Shown one piece after another: positions 1-10,649 of a stretch of DNA of 63,713 nucleotides. The stretch is from Agathobacter sp. (lineage in GTDB: Bacteria > Bacillota_I > Bacilli_A > Erysipelotrichales > Erysipelotrichaceae): positions 1 through 63,713 of the forward strand of contig CAVCDR010000034.1 in the NCBI GenBank assembly GCA_963601025.1, in the 5' to 3' direction. The stretch's first letter is position 1; the number at the start of each line of letters is the position of its first letter. The notes under the pieces are model-generated. The model did no database searches. It saw only the letters and a list, made by a program, of their open reading frames with translations, and was not told the DNA's origin. The translations under genes were made by a program, and so were the position numbers.

Positions 1-2867
1 GGGAAGATGATATAAAGGATAGCTTTATTATTTTCGTTTTCGATATAGGCATGAACAATTTTATTTTCGTTGTTTTTAACTTTTACATTAACATCCAAAG
101 AAGACAAATATGCAGCATTATATTTACCGTTTGTTTCTAGCTCAGCTTTAGCTTGATAGACTTTATTGTTTAAAGCCTTATCTTCACCATCGGTATTCCA
201 TGTAATAGCAATATTTTCCCGTTTTACCTCTTTAACACCAGATAATGTTACATCAATACCATCAATTGTTGAAGGTAAAGATTGATTATATACAATATCA
301 TCAATTGTTATATCTATCTTAGAAATAAACGAATTATCAAATGAGAAGTTAGTCTTATTATCAAGCGTATAAGTTCTATTAGAAACATCTGACATATTTT
401 TATTTTCATCAACAACCCACGCATAGGCCTTGACTTTCTTATATGTATCCTTAGCTGCTTCTACTGTTGTATTATGATATTCTATTAATTTCCAATTATT
501 ATCTCCATTTTCGTTGTATAGCAAATATCTATTAAGTTTAATAGAATTTGCATAGTTTGTTATTATTTGCTTTGATAAAACGTCTTGTTCATTCTTACCG
601 CTTGCACCATCTTGCAATTCTGGAGCAGCTGGCTTAGAACCTTCTGTTTGATTAGGCAACACCATAACAACGACTTTAATAGTATTGTTTCCATTTAAAT
701 TAATCTTACTGTTGTTAGTAGTAACTCCAACACTTGTCTGATAAGCTCCATAGTTTCCTGAGACAGTATCATCATTAAACATTCCATCAATATTAAATTC
801 TCCAATATCAGTTGTATTTAGGTTAACTTCGTATTCATAGCCATTATAAGAAGTCGCAGTATGTTTTCCACTATTATTGATAGCGTTTATAACATTAGCT
901 TTTGTATCACCTTCATGGACTGATACAACAATAGGATCAATATATATTATTTTATCTTGGCCAACAATAATTTCTTCACTTCTAAAGTTTAAAGCACCAT
1001 CATCATTTATAGAAAGTTCATTAACTTTGATATTTCCATTATTTATTGTCAAACTATCTTTTGTAATAGCACTAGATAATACATGTACACCATTCACTGT
1101 ACCATATGATACCTTTACACCATCTTGGGTAACATCATCGCACACTTCAAATATATAAGCTGTGCCATCACTTGCCAACTCACCATCACAACTAGTATAT
1201 TTGCCATCTACTTTTTTATACCAATTTAATTTAACTTCTTTGTATTTATCTTCTTCATCAAAAGTCCAATTGAAAGTTGCTGCAGGAGGAAGAATATTGC
1301 CTTGAGTAATTTCACCGACACTTAAAGATAAGTTTGTAGCAGCATCCTTATATTCCGCTGTTAAGTTAACTTCCTTAGCAGGCATCGTAAATCTTATTGT
1401 TTTTGATTTCCAATCATCATCACTAAGATTTTTTAATGTATCATCAATCTTTTTCCAAGATACAAAGATTTTATTAGGATTGGTATTATCATCTACAACC
1501 GTAACATTTTGTGTGCCTTCAACATATTTTCCAGCTGGTTTTCCATTCGCTTTAACCGCATAAGTTGTAACACCTGGCCTTTGCCATAATTCTTCATCAT
1601 CAGATTCATACCCAATGTGATATTTTGAAGTCTCATTCAAAAAGAAACAAGGAATAAGATTTGTATTTGATATATCTTTTACTACTAATCTATCACCTGT
1701 TGTTTCTGTTCTAATACCAATTAAAGATTCTGAACTAAGATTGCTAGTTCTAATATATGCTTGTCCAAAACCCGATTGTAAAAATATGTCATCATCTGCT
1801 CCATCGCTTCGATGATTGTCATATACCCTTACATTGCCACTAAGATAGATATCTGTATCACACATCACAAATACACCACCACCTCTTACAGTAGAAGTGT
1901 TGTTTTTAATTATTACATCCTTTAAATAGAAATTTTTAGGACAAGCCTCGATGCCGCCACCCTGTCCAGCCACATTCCCTTGAATAGTAATGCCACTAAT
2001 AATGCCATAATTTGTGCCAAACTTTTTTTCATTAACAAAAATGCCACCGGCAGAACCGTATGCCGTTTGACCAGGAATAACTTTATTATAGCCAACCTCA
2101 CAAGTGCCATCGCCTTCTAATGAAAACCAAGAATAATTAAAGGCAACGCCGCCACCAGAACTACCTGCCCCACGAGTATCATTATGATTGATTGTTGAAT
2201 AATTACTCATATGAATATGGGTACCATCCGCATTAGAATAAATACCGCCACCACCAACTGATTCAGAACTATTATAATCAATGTGAGCCTTTTCCATATA
2301 AATCTCACAATCTTCAGCTTTAGCTTCAATATAAACGGCGCCGCCTCTATATTCACTAGTATTACCACTAATCGCAACATTATTTAAATACAATTTGGAA
2401 GCTTTTTTCATATAAAAGGCGCCACCCGCATATGCGTAACCGCCAGTAACTAAACCACCACTTGTTATCTTGTTACTCTTACTATCAGTGAATTCCTTTT
2501 CTTCAATTGAACCGTATAAATACAACTTAGAATTAGGATGCAAAGTAAAAATACCACCCTCACTACCATCAGCCTTTTCACCATTAGATTTTTTAATAGT
2601 ATGTCCATCCATATAAATTACAGAAGTAGTACCCTCGACAATATTAATTTGAGCGCCAAGATCCCAATCGGTAAGCATATGAATGGCTCCTTTTCTAGAA
2701 GCATTCATCGCATCAGAAATACTATAGTAACTCTCTGTTATATTGCCACTTTCATCTCTTGTGCATGCAACCGCATCTTGGGCATAAACACTCTTTGGAA
2801 CAATTGTAAAAGTTAATAAACATAAAATAGTACATTGTATTAACTTAAGAAATGATGATTTTTTCAT
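1..2867 (-). CDS. Secreted parallel beta-helix (Pmp-like GGA-repeat) surface protein; 3' end lies outside the window
   Basis: Manual minus-strand translation from ATG 2865-2867 (SD AGGAGAG, rc of 2871-2879) is open for 955 codons to position 1. It is absent from the ORF track because its stop is off-window. N-terminal signal peptide MKKSSFLKLIQCTILCLLTFTIVPKSVYA. Repeated GGAFY/GGAVY/GGGIY/GGGVAF/AGGIFV/GGGVFV cores are followed by a long beta-rich stalk. Confidence 0.7.
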   Translation of the reverse strand, partial: MKKSSFLKLIQCTILCLLTFTIVPKSVYAQDAVACTRDESGNITESYYSISDAMNASRKGAIHMLTDWDLGAQINIVEGTTSVIYMDGHTIKKSNGEKADGSEGGIFTLHPNSKLYLYGSIEEKEFTDSKSNKITSGGLVTGGYAYAGGAFYMKKASKLYLNNVAISGNTSEYRGGAVYIEAKAEDCEIYMEKAHIDYNSSESVGGGGIYSNADGTHIHMSNYSTINHNDTRGAGSSGGGVAFNYSWFSLEGDGTCEVGYNKVIPGQTAYGSAGGIFVNEKKFGTNYGIISGITIQGNVAGQGGGIEACPKNFYLKDVIIKNNTSTVRGGGVFVMCDTDIYLSGNVRVYDNHRSDGADDDIFLQSGFGQAYIRTSNLSSESLIGIRTETTGDRLVVKDISNTNLIPCFFLNETSKYHIGYESDDEELWQRPGVTTYAVKANGKPAGKYVEGTQNVTVVDDNTNPNKIFVSWKKIDDTLKNLSDDDWKSKTIRFTMPAKEVNLTAEYKDAATNLSLSVGEITQGNILPPAATFNWTFDEEDKYKEVKLNWYKKVDGKYTSCDGELASDGTAYIFEVCDDVTQDGVKVSYGTVNGVHVLSSAITKDSLTINNGNIKVNELSINDDGALNFRSEEIIVGQDKIIYIDPIVVSVHEGDTKANVINAINNSGKHTATSYNGYEYEVNLNTTDIGEFNIDGMFNDDTVSGNYGAYQTSVGVTTNNSKINLNGNNTIKVVVMVLPNQTEGSKPAAPELQDGASGKNEQDVLSKQIITNYANSIKLNRYLLYNENGDNNWKLIEYHNTTVEAAKDTYKKVKAYAWVVDENKNMSDVSNRTYTLDNKTNFSFDNSFISKIDITIDDIVYNQSLPSTIDGIDVTLSGVKEVKRENIAITWNTDGEDKALNNKVYQAKAELETNGKYNAAYLSSLDVNVKVKNNENKIVHAYIENENNKAILYIIF

Positions 2868-2941
2868 AAGCTCTCTCCTACTTTAAAAAAATTATAGCAT
2901 TAAACTATTAGTCAACTTTACTATTATCTATATTTAAAACA

Positions 2942-2978
2942 TATAAAAATCTCTGATTAATATAACCAGAGATTTGTT
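2942..2978 (-). terminator. Intrinsic terminator downstream of gpmI
   Basis: Minus-strand hairpin AAATCTCTG-(11 nt)-CAGAGATTT followed by a T-rich tail, 27 nt after the gpmI stop. Confidence 0.5.
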
Positions 2979-3004
2979 TAAAGATATAATTAGTTTTTCT
3001 TTAA

Positions 3005-4570
3005 TTAGATCATTGGCTCATCCCAACAATCAGGAGCCTTTAGATCTAATAATTTAAATATTGTTGCAGCAATATTACTCAAACCATATTCACCATCTTT
3101 AATAGTTACATCATCAGCATTATAGATGATAAATGGAACCTTATTTAAAGTATGAGAAGTCTTAGCTTGTAAAGGATCGCTATCCTTCTTACGCTTTTGA
3201 TACATTTCATCAGCGTTGCCATGATCAGCAGTAACAAGTAAGATACAATCGTTACGCTTACATGCTTCCATTACTCTTTTTAGGTTTAAATCAACAGATT
3301 CAACGCCAATTACTGTAGCCTCATAATCACCAGTATGGCCAACCATATCACCATTTGGATAATTAGTTCTTAAGAAAGTGTATTTCTTTGAATCAATCGC
3401 TTCAACAAGCTTATCAGTAATATCAGAAGACTTCATCCAAGGTCTTAAATCGAATGTACATAAATCAGACTTGATTTCTACCCAGGTTTCCAAGTTTTCA
3501 TCAAACTTTTCACTTCTATTGCCATTCCAGAAATAAGTAACATGACCAAACTTTTGTGTTTCAGAAATTGCATAAGTAGGTAAACCATACTTAACAAAGT
3601 ATTCAGACATTGTATCCTTAATTACTGGTGGATTTACTAGATAGTTTGCAGGAATATGTAAATCACCATCATATTCAAGCATACCAGCATACATTACATC
3701 AACTTCCTTACTCTTTTCGAATTTGTAACCATTGTTATCAAATGCACGAGAGATTTCTAATGCTCTATCACCTCTAAAGTTGAATAGGATAACAGAATCA
3801 TGATTTTCAATAGTACCAACTGGAGTATCACCATCACAAATAACAAATTCAGGAAGATTTTGATCATCTACGCCAAGTTCCCTACGATAAGTTTCAATTG
3901 CCTCAGTTGCACTAGCGAATTTTCTGCCAATACCCGCAACATGAGTATCCCAACCTCTTCTTACCATATCCCAATCAGCTTCATATCTATCCATAGTGAT
4001 GTACATTCTACCACCACCAGAAGCGATTCTTGCATCAAAGCTATCATCATTTAATGAAGTCATATGGTCTTCTAAATCCTTAATATAGATTAAACCAGAA
4101 GTATCAGGTACATCTCTGCCATCCATTAGACAATGAACTCTAACTCTATTAATACCCTCTTTTTTAGCTTCTGTAATCATAGCCTTTAAATGCTTGATAT
4201 TAGAGTGAACATTACCATCTGATAATAAGCCTAAGAAATGTAAAGTATGACCCTTTGCATTCTCAATTAGTTTTTTCCAAGTTTCACTTTGATAAATTGA
4301 ACCACTTTCAATCGATTCATTAACAAGCTTTGCGCCTTGAGAATAAACTTGACCACAACCAATAGCGTTATGTCCTACTTCAGAGTTACCCATATCATCA
4401 TCACTAGGTAAACCTACAGCTGTACCATGTGCCTTGATTTTAGTCCAAGGATAATTAGCTTTTAAATAGTCTAATGTGGGTGTATAAGCGTTTTTAACAG
4501 CGTTACCTAAAGTATTATCTGATTCACCAACACCATCCATTACAACAATCACAACAGGTTTTTTATTCAT
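3005..4570 (-). CDS. gpmI: 2,3-bisphosphoglycerate-independent phosphoglycerate mutase
   Basis: About 520-aa ORF with N-terminus KPVVIVVMDGVGES and the ADHGNAD metal-site region. Start moved to ATG 4570 behind an AAGAGGAAA SD; the track start at 4591 is an upstream TTG. Confidence 0.9.
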   Translation of the reverse strand: MNKKPVVIVVMDGVGESDNTLGNAVKNAYTPTLDYLKANYPWTKIKAHGTAVGLPSDDDMGNSEVGHNAIGCGQVYSQGAKLVNESIESGSIYQSETWKKLIENAKGHTLHFLGLLSDGNVHSNIKHLKAMITEAKKEGINRVRVHCLMDGRDVPDTSGLIYIKDLEDHMTSLNDDSFDARIASGGGRMYITMDRYEADWDMVRRGWDTHVAGIGRKFASATEAIETYRRELGVDDQNLPEFVICDGDTPVGTIENHDSVILFNFRGDRALEISRAFDNNGYKFEKSKEVDVMYAGMLEYDGDLHIPANYLVNPPVIKDTMSEYFVKYGLPTYAISETQKFGHVTYFWNGNRSEKFDENLETWVEIKSDLCTFDLRPWMKSSDITDKLVEAIDSKKYTFLRTNYPNGDMVGHTGDYEATVIGVESVDLNLKRVMEACKRNDCILLVTADHGNADEMYQKRKKDSDPLQAKTSHTLNKVPFIIYNADDVTIKDGEYGLSNIAATIFKLLDLKAPDCWDEPMI

Positions 4571-4717
4571 ATAAATATTTCCTCTTTCCAACTAAAATAT
4601 TATCATAATATGTCATTAAGGATGAAAGATTATCATCCCAAACTTTAATAAAAAACATCAATTCAATTCCAAACAAGAAATTAAATCGATGTTTTACTTT
4701 AAGAGATATTAAGTAAC

Positions 4718-5335
4718 TTACTTGGTACCAAAGATTCTATCGCCTGCATCACCAAGACCAGGTACGATATAACCATGTTCATTTAGCTTTTCATCAAGAG
4801 CTGCTAGATAGATATCAACATCTGGATGAGCCTCTTCAACAGCCTTTACACCCTCAGGAGCACCAACTAAATTAACTAGTTTAATGTTTTTAGCTCCTCT
4901 ACTTTTAACGGTATCAATAGCCGCAATAGCGCTACCACCTGTAGCCAACATTGGATCTAGAATCATTACATTAGCGTTTTCCATATCAGGAAATTTAGCG
5001 AAATATTCAACTGGTTCAAGAGTCTTCTTATCACGATATAAACCTAAGAAACCAACTTTAGCTGTAGGAATTAAATCTCTAATACCATCAACCATACCAA
5101 GTCCTGCTCTTAAAATTGGTACAAGAACAACGTCTTGAGCAAGTTGTTCAGTGTGGCAAATGCCAATAGGTGTCTCAACATCAACTGGTGTTGTTGGTAA
5201 ATCTCTAGATACCTCGAAAGCCATAAGAGAAGCAATTTCACTAAGTTGTTGTGAAAAATCCTTTGTTGAAGTGTCCTTGTTTCTCATTAAAGCAAGCTTA
5301 TGAGTAATAAGTGGATGATTAAATACTGTTAACAT
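4718..5335 (-). CDS. upp: Uracil phosphoribosyltransferase
   Basis: 205 aa. PRPP loop [13 protein letters not shown] and C-terminal [16 protein letters not shown] are typical of UPRTase. Confidence 0.9.
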   Translation of the reverse strand: MLTVFNHPLITHKLALMRNKDTSTKDFSQQLSEIASLMAFEVSRDLPTTPVDVETPIGICHTEQLAQDVVLVPILRAGLGMVDGIRDLIPTAKVGFLGLYRDKKTLEPVEYFAKFPDMENANVMILDPMLATGGSAIAAIDTVKSRGAKNIKLVNLVGAPEGVKAVEEAHPDVDIYLAALDEKLNEHGYIVPGLGDAGDRIFGTK

Positions 5336-5393
5336 AGTTTCCTCCTAATTTTTCTGTTGTTATTATACAAAAAGAATGTACACTTGGTACATT

Positions 5394-6845
5394 CTATTTC
5401 TCATTGTAAGTAAAATAATGCTTTTCCTTAACAATGTCTAAAATTTCATTTAAATTATTAATAGTCTTATTTGGCTTTAAAGCAATCAAATCATCTTTTT
5501 TGCCCTCATGTGATAAATAAGCTACAGTATAAGCACCAAAGCCTTGGCCAGCTAATACATCAGCCTTACTATCGCCTACCATGATTAAATCATCACCATT
5601 CAATTTATGTTCCTTAACAATCTTAAATAGTCCCTCAGGATTTGGTTTTGTGCTTTTTACATCATCAAAACAAATAATGTCATCAAATTCACCAAAGCCA
5701 CATATCTTTAAACAAGACTCAGTTGACTCTTTCATTCTTGTAGTAAGAATAGCTACTTTATAGCCATCTTCCTTTAAAGAATTGACAACCTCTATAGCAT
5801 TAGGCATAGGCTTAAGCGACTTCTCAAGTTCCCTTTTATTACATTCACGATAATAATCACATAATTCATTGGTATCTAAATTAGGAAAATACTTTTTAAA
5901 CATTTCATAAATAGGTGGACCAAGAACTTCCTTTTGTCTTTCTAAAGTAAAGTCATCTTCATTACCATATTTTCTAAAAGTGTCCTTAAAAGAGTTTAAA
6001 ATAGCCTCAGTAGAATCCTGTAAAGTTCCATCTAAATCAAAAACAATAGTAGGAAGTTTATAGAATAAACGATCATATATGCCAAAATATAACAAAAAGC
6101 CAACAATCACAAACAATATTGAAGTAACTTGTGCTGTCTTTAAAGAACCAATAAATAGTGAATCAGTTCTACCACTTTCAATAAAGAATCTAACAATACC
6201 GTACCAAATCAAATATCCACCAGCTAATTGTCCTCTTTTTGAATAAGTCTTTCTTAAAAGAAAATTAATCAAAACAAAACCAACGATACAAAGCAAAGAT
6301 TCATAAAAGAATAATGGCACATAATAGCTTCCATTTATATGCATGCCCTCTTTTAAGAAAAATAAGATGCCATTAAAATATTCTTCACTTACCTCAGCGC
6401 CATGACATTCTTGATTAACAAAGTTACCCCATCTACCAATGCCTTGAGCAAGTAATACCGTAGGCATAACCGCATCAGCTAGTTTTATAAAAGAAACATT
6501 ATGCTTCTTGCACATAATAAATAAGGCAAGAGCTCCAAATATAAAACCACCATGGAAAGCTAAACCACCATCCCAAATACGAATAATACTAACTGGATTA
6601 GAAAAATAATAGCTAGCATTATTAAATACACAATACCAAAGTCTCGCACCAATAATACCTGCCCAAAGCATGATAATAAAGGCATTATCAAAGAAGTCAT
6701 TAACATCAATATTGCGATATTCTTTCAAATTCTTTTTTGCGAAAAAATAAGCTAAAAAAGCACCTGAAACAATAAGTATCGCATACCATTGAATACTTAT
6801 ACTGCCAATGCTTAAAAAAGTTGTTCTACTTGGAAAAAATTTCAT
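5394..6845 (-). CDS. lgt: Prolipoprotein diacylglyceryl transferase fused to a PpaX-type HAD phosphatase domain
   Basis: The N-terminal ~255 aa are polytopic with the Lgt signature GRWGNFVNQE. The C-terminal ~220 aa carry HAD motifs VFDLDGTLQDS, ILTTR and MVGDSKADV. One uninterrupted 483-aa frame. Confidence 0.8.
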   Translation of the reverse strand: MKFFPSRTTFLSIGSISIQWYAILIVSGAFLAYFFAKKNLKEYRNIDVNDFFDNAFIIMLWAGIIGARLWYCVFNNASYYFSNPVSIIRIWDGGLAFHGGFIFGALALFIMCKKHNVSFIKLADAVMPTVLLAQGIGRWGNFVNQECHGAEVSEEYFNGILFFLKEGMHINGSYYVPLFFYESLLCIVGFVLINFLLRKTYSKRGQLAGGYLIWYGIVRFFIESGRTDSLFIGSLKTAQVTSILFVIVGFLLYFGIYDRLFYKLPTIVFDLDGTLQDSTEAILNSFKDTFRKYGNEDDFTLERQKEVLGPPIYEMFKKYFPNLDTNELCDYYRECNKRELEKSLKPMPNAIEVVNSLKEDGYKVAILTTRMKESTESCLKICGFGEFDDIICFDDVKSTKPNPEGLFKIVKEHKLNGDDLIMVGDSKADVLAGQGFGAYTVAYLSHEGKKDDLIALKPNKTINNLNEILDIVKEKHYFTYNEK

Positions 6846-6847
6846 AA

Positions 6848-7789
6848 TTACCTCTTACTAGCTATCTCATTATAGATAGCGTTCTTAAACATTTCATTTG
6901 TATCAATGCCCTGTTTTTTAACGATATAATTTGCCACTGCCGTCTCTACAATGATTGACATCGGTTTACCTTCAGTAACCGGAATCTCCAAAATTGGTTT
7001 ATCAACACCAAGTAAATTAATAGTTTCTTCATTAGGACTTAAACGATCACGATTATTTTGTAGATATTGTTCACGATTGACAAGCTTAATAACAAAATTA
7101 ACGTGGCATTTCCTTAAGTAACAATGGCCACCAAACATCAAATTGACATCAATTACGCCAACACCCCTAACTTCAAGTAATCTTTTTAGATTATGTGGAG
7201 CCTTGCCATAAATAGTCTTATTAACTCTTGATATTTCAACCAAATCATCAGCTACAAAGATATGGCCCTTCTTAATTAAATCAAGTTCAAGTTCTGATTT
7301 TCCAATGCCACTATCACCCATAATTAAGACACCAATACCATAAAGTTGCATAAGACCACCAGAAATTACTTCACTATCCGCAAGCTTGCTAGACAAATAG
7401 GAAATTAAATCAGTTGATATTTCATAAGTCTTACCCGGAAATTCAAAAACAGGGAAGTTTTTTCGATTAGCTACCTCAATTAAAGCGTCTGGTGTGCGAC
7501 AATCATTAGTAATAATAATACATGGCGTATAGGCATCCGTTAAAAAATCAAAACGATCAAGTTGTGTATAGTAATCAAGCGTAGAGATATATTTTTGTTC
7601 CTTAGTGCCAATTAAAACAACCCTCTTTAATTCATTGCCATCTTTATAACCAGATAACTCAAGACCAGGTCTATTGATATCTGGGGCAATAGTCCATCTA
7701 TTTAAAGAGTCATCATTGCCACAAACTTGCGTTAAATCAAAGAATTCCTTAATTTTTCTTACTTCTACTTTCTTGGTTAAATCAGCCAT
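6848..7789 (-). CDS. hprK: HPr kinase/phosphorylase
   Basis: 313 aa with P-loop GDSGIGKSE. The start overlaps the uvrA stop (ATGGCTGA). Conserved hprK-lgt neighbourhood. Confidence 0.9.
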   Translation of the reverse strand: MADLTKKVEVRKIKEFFDLTQVCGNDDSLNRWTIAPDINRPGLELSGYKDGNELKRVVLIGTKEQKYISTLDYYTQLDRFDFLTDAYTPCIIITNDCRTPDALIEVANRKNFPVFEFPGKTYEISTDLISYLSSKLADSEVISGGLMQLYGIGVLIMGDSGIGKSELELDLIKKGHIFVADDLVEISRVNKTIYGKAPHNLKRLLEVRGVGVIDVNLMFGGHCYLRKCHVNFVIKLVNREQYLQNNRDRLSPNEETINLLGVDKPILEIPVTEGKPMSIIVETAVANYIVKKQGIDTNEMFKNAIYNEIASKR

Positions 7790-10610
7790 TTCTACCCAAC
7801 ACTTTCTTTAAATATATTCCTGTATAACTATCAGTACAATCAGCAACTTCTTCAGGTGTGCCGCAAGCTATAAGCTCGCCACCCCTTTCGCCACCTTCTT
7901 TGCCTAAATCAATTATATAATCTGCACACTTAATCATATCAAGATTATGTTCAATAACAACAACCGTATCGCCATTATCCACAATACGATTAATAATTGT
8001 AATTAATTTTGAAACATCAGCCATATGTAAACCCGTTGTAGGCTCATCTAAAACAAATAATGTTTTACCTGTAGCCTTCTTTTGAAGTTCACTAGCTAGC
8101 TTAACTCTTTGGGCCTCACCACCCGATAAAGTAGTGGCGCTTTGTCCAAGCTCGACATAACCAAGGCCTACATCATATAAAGTTTGTAGCTTATTTCTAA
8201 TCTTAGGATGATTTTTAAAGAATTCCAAAGCTTCTTTAACGTTCATCTTTAAGACATCATAAATGCTTTTACCCTTATATTTGACTTCAAGAGTCTCACT
8301 ATTATAACGCTTGCCATGACACTCTTCACATTCAACATAGACATCTGGCACAAAAAGCATACTTATCTTTTTTACACCATCGCCATAACAAGCACTACAT
8401 CTACCTCCATCGACGTTAAAAGAGAATCTGCTCTTATCAAAGCCTCTTTCCTTGGCATCCGGAGTACTTGCGAAAAGGTCTCTAATATCATCAAACACAC
8501 CAGTATAAGTAGCTGGATTAGACCTTGGCGTACGACCTATTGGATCTTGGGATATCGCAACAATCTTATCAATATTCTTTAAACCATTAATCTTTTTATG
8601 AGCACCTGGCTTAATACGCACTCTATTTAAGTTTTTCATTACACCCTTAGTCAATATTTCATTTACTAAGGTTGATTTGCCAGAACCACTAACACCCGTT
8701 ACACAAATAAACTTGCCAAGTGGAAAACTTACATCAATATTCTTTAAATTATGTTCACTAGCACCAATTACCTTAAGTTCCTTACCGTTGCCTTTTCTTC
8801 TAATACTAGGAACCTCAATCTTTTTTCGACCACTTAAATACATACCGGTAATTGAATCCTTTGATTCAAGAATTTCCTTAGGTGTACCAAAGAAAACAAT
8901 ATTGCCGCCATCCTTACCAGCACCAGGTCCAACATCAACAATATAATCAGACTCCATCATGGTCTCTTCATCGTGTTCAACAACAATAACGGTATTACCT
9001 AAATCACGCATCTTCTTTAAAGTTTGGATAAGCTTGCCATTATCTCTTTGGTGTAAGCCGATTGAAGGTTCATCAAGCACATATAAGACACCAGTTAAAG
9101 TTGAACCAATTTGTGTAGCAAGTCTAATTCTTTGGGCCTCACCACCTGATAAACTACCTGCAATTCTATCTAATGTTAGATAATCAAGTCCTACATCAAT
9201 TAAAAATCTTAATCTTGATTTAATTTCTTGAAGTAATAATCTAGCAATCTCTTGTTGACTTTTGCTTAGATTTAAATCATCAATAAATTTATAGGCTTCA
9301 CCAATCGACATCTTCGTAAATTCGTAGATATTCTTATCATTTATCTTAATAGATAAAACTTGATCATTTAATCTAGCACCATTACATTTAGGACAAGTAG
9401 ACTCTACCATGTAAGAGTAATACCATTCTTTAGACATCTTACTAGTAGTTTCTTCATATCTTCTTTCAATCAAATTCTTAACGCCCTCAATCACTTGATT
9501 TTTAGAATATTTATTGCCACCACTTGATAATATTTCAAACTTAATTGGTTCGTCAGAACCATATAAAATAATATTCATTTCTCTTTTTGTCATCTTATTT
9601 AATGGCTTATCAAGAGAAATCTTGTAATGTTTAAGTAAAGCATGGAAATTTTGCCATTCAATATTGCTAGTATTAACAATGTTCTTATAATATCTAATAC
9701 CACCTTCATTAATGCTTAAGCTTTTATCAGGCATTAAATAATCAACATCTACTTCGGTAGTAATGCCTAATCCCTTGCAAAGTGGACAAGCTCCTAATGG
9801 TGAATTAAAAGAAAATAGACGGGGCTCTAATTTAGGCACTGTAAAACCACATTTAGGGCAAGCAAAATTACTTGATAGCAACTCTCTTTCATCACCGTTT
9901 TTAATTACACAAGTACCATCAGCCAACTTTAAAGCAAGTTCAATAGAATCATTTAATCTTGTTTCGATATTTTCTTTAATAACAATTCTATCAACTACTA
10001 CATCAATATCATGACGCTTATTTTTATCAAGAATAATCTCTTCATCTAATGTCCTTATTTCATTATCAACATAGACTCTTAAGTACCCTTCATTCTTTAA
10101 TTTATCGAAGTAATCTTTAAAAGTTCCCTTTCGATTTGTAACCACATTAGCCAATATTTCAATACGACTATTTAAAGGATAGCTTTTTACTTTTTCAACC
10201 ATTGAAGGAACACTCATAGCCTTAATTGGCTCGTTGTGATTAGGACAATAAGCCGTTCCACATCTTGCATATAAAAGCCTTAAATAATCATAAATTTCCG
10301 TAATAGTACCAACCGTAGAACGTGGATTATTACTAGTAGTCTTTTGATCAATCGCAATAGAAGGAGAAAGCCCTTCAATCAAATCAACATCAGGCTTTTC
10401 AATACCACCTAAAAATTGTCTAGCATAAGAACTTAAAGACTCAACATATCTTCTTTGTCCCTCGGCATAAATCGTATCGAAAGCTAAAGATGTTTTACCT
10501 GATCCTGAAAGACCAGTCATTACAATCAATTTATTACGGGGAAGAGTTATATCAATGTTTTTTAGATTATTTACTCTCGCTCCTTTTATAACTATATTTT
10601 CATTCGACAT
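7782..10610 (-). CDS. uvrA: Excinuclease ABC subunit A
   Basis: 942 aa with two ABC modules (GLSGSGKTS, GVSGSGKST), LSGGE signatures and CxxC zinc-finger pairs. Confidence 0.95.
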   Translation of the reverse strand: MSNENIVIKGARVNNLKNIDITLPRNKLIVMTGLSGSGKTSLAFDTIYAEGQRRYVESLSSYARQFLGGIEKPDVDLIEGLSPSIAIDQKTTSNNPRSTVGTITEIYDYLRLLYARCGTAYCPNHNEPIKAMSVPSMVEKVKSYPLNSRIEILANVVTNRKGTFKDYFDKLKNEGYLRVYVDNEIRTLDEEIILDKNKRHDIDVVVDRIVIKENIETRLNDSIELALKLADGTCVIKNGDERELLSSNFACPKCGFTVPKLEPRLFSFNSPLGACPLCKGLGITTEVDVDYLMPDKSLSINEGGIRYYKNIVNTSNIEWQNFHALLKHYKISLDKPLNKMTKREMNIILYGSDEPIKFEILSSGGNKYSKNQVIEGVKNLIERRYEETTSKMSKEWYYSYMVESTCPKCNGARLNDQVLSIKINDKNIYEFTKMSIGEAYKFIDDLNLSKSQQEIARLLLQEIKSRLRFLIDVGLDYLTLDRIAGSLSGGEAQRIRLATQIGSTLTGVLYVLDEPSIGLHQRDNGKLIQTLKKMRDLGNTVIVVEHDEETMMESDYIVDVGPGAGKDGGNIVFFGTPKEILESKDSITGMYLSGRKKIEVPSIRRKGNGKELKVIGASEHNLKNIDVSFPLGKFICVTGVSGSGKSTLVNEILTKGVMKNLNRVRIKPGAHKKINGLKNIDKIVAISQDPIGRTPRSNPATYTGVFDDIRDLFASTPDAKERGFDKSRFSFNVDGGRCSACYGDGVKKISMLFVPDVYVECEECHGKRYNSETLEVKYKGKSIYDVLKMNVKEALEFFKNHPKIRNKLQTLYDVGLGYVELGQSATTLSGGEAQRVKLASELQKKATGKTLFVLDEPTTGLHMADVSKLITIINRIVDNGDTVVVIEHNLDMIKCADYIIDLGKEGGERGGELIACGTPEEVADCTDSYTGIYLKKVLGRNG

Positions 10611-10649
10611 AATAAATATTTTACTCCAAAAACATTATAAAATATATTC

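Noticed and set aside
877-2816. Track ORFs 877..1158(+), 1922..2110(-) and 2538..2816(+) as real genes
   Set aside because: All lie inside the 955-codon beta-helix CDS, either antisense or out of frame. They have low-complexity, Ile/Ser/Thr-rich translations, no SD, and are explained as overlapping non-coding frames in AT-rich DNA.
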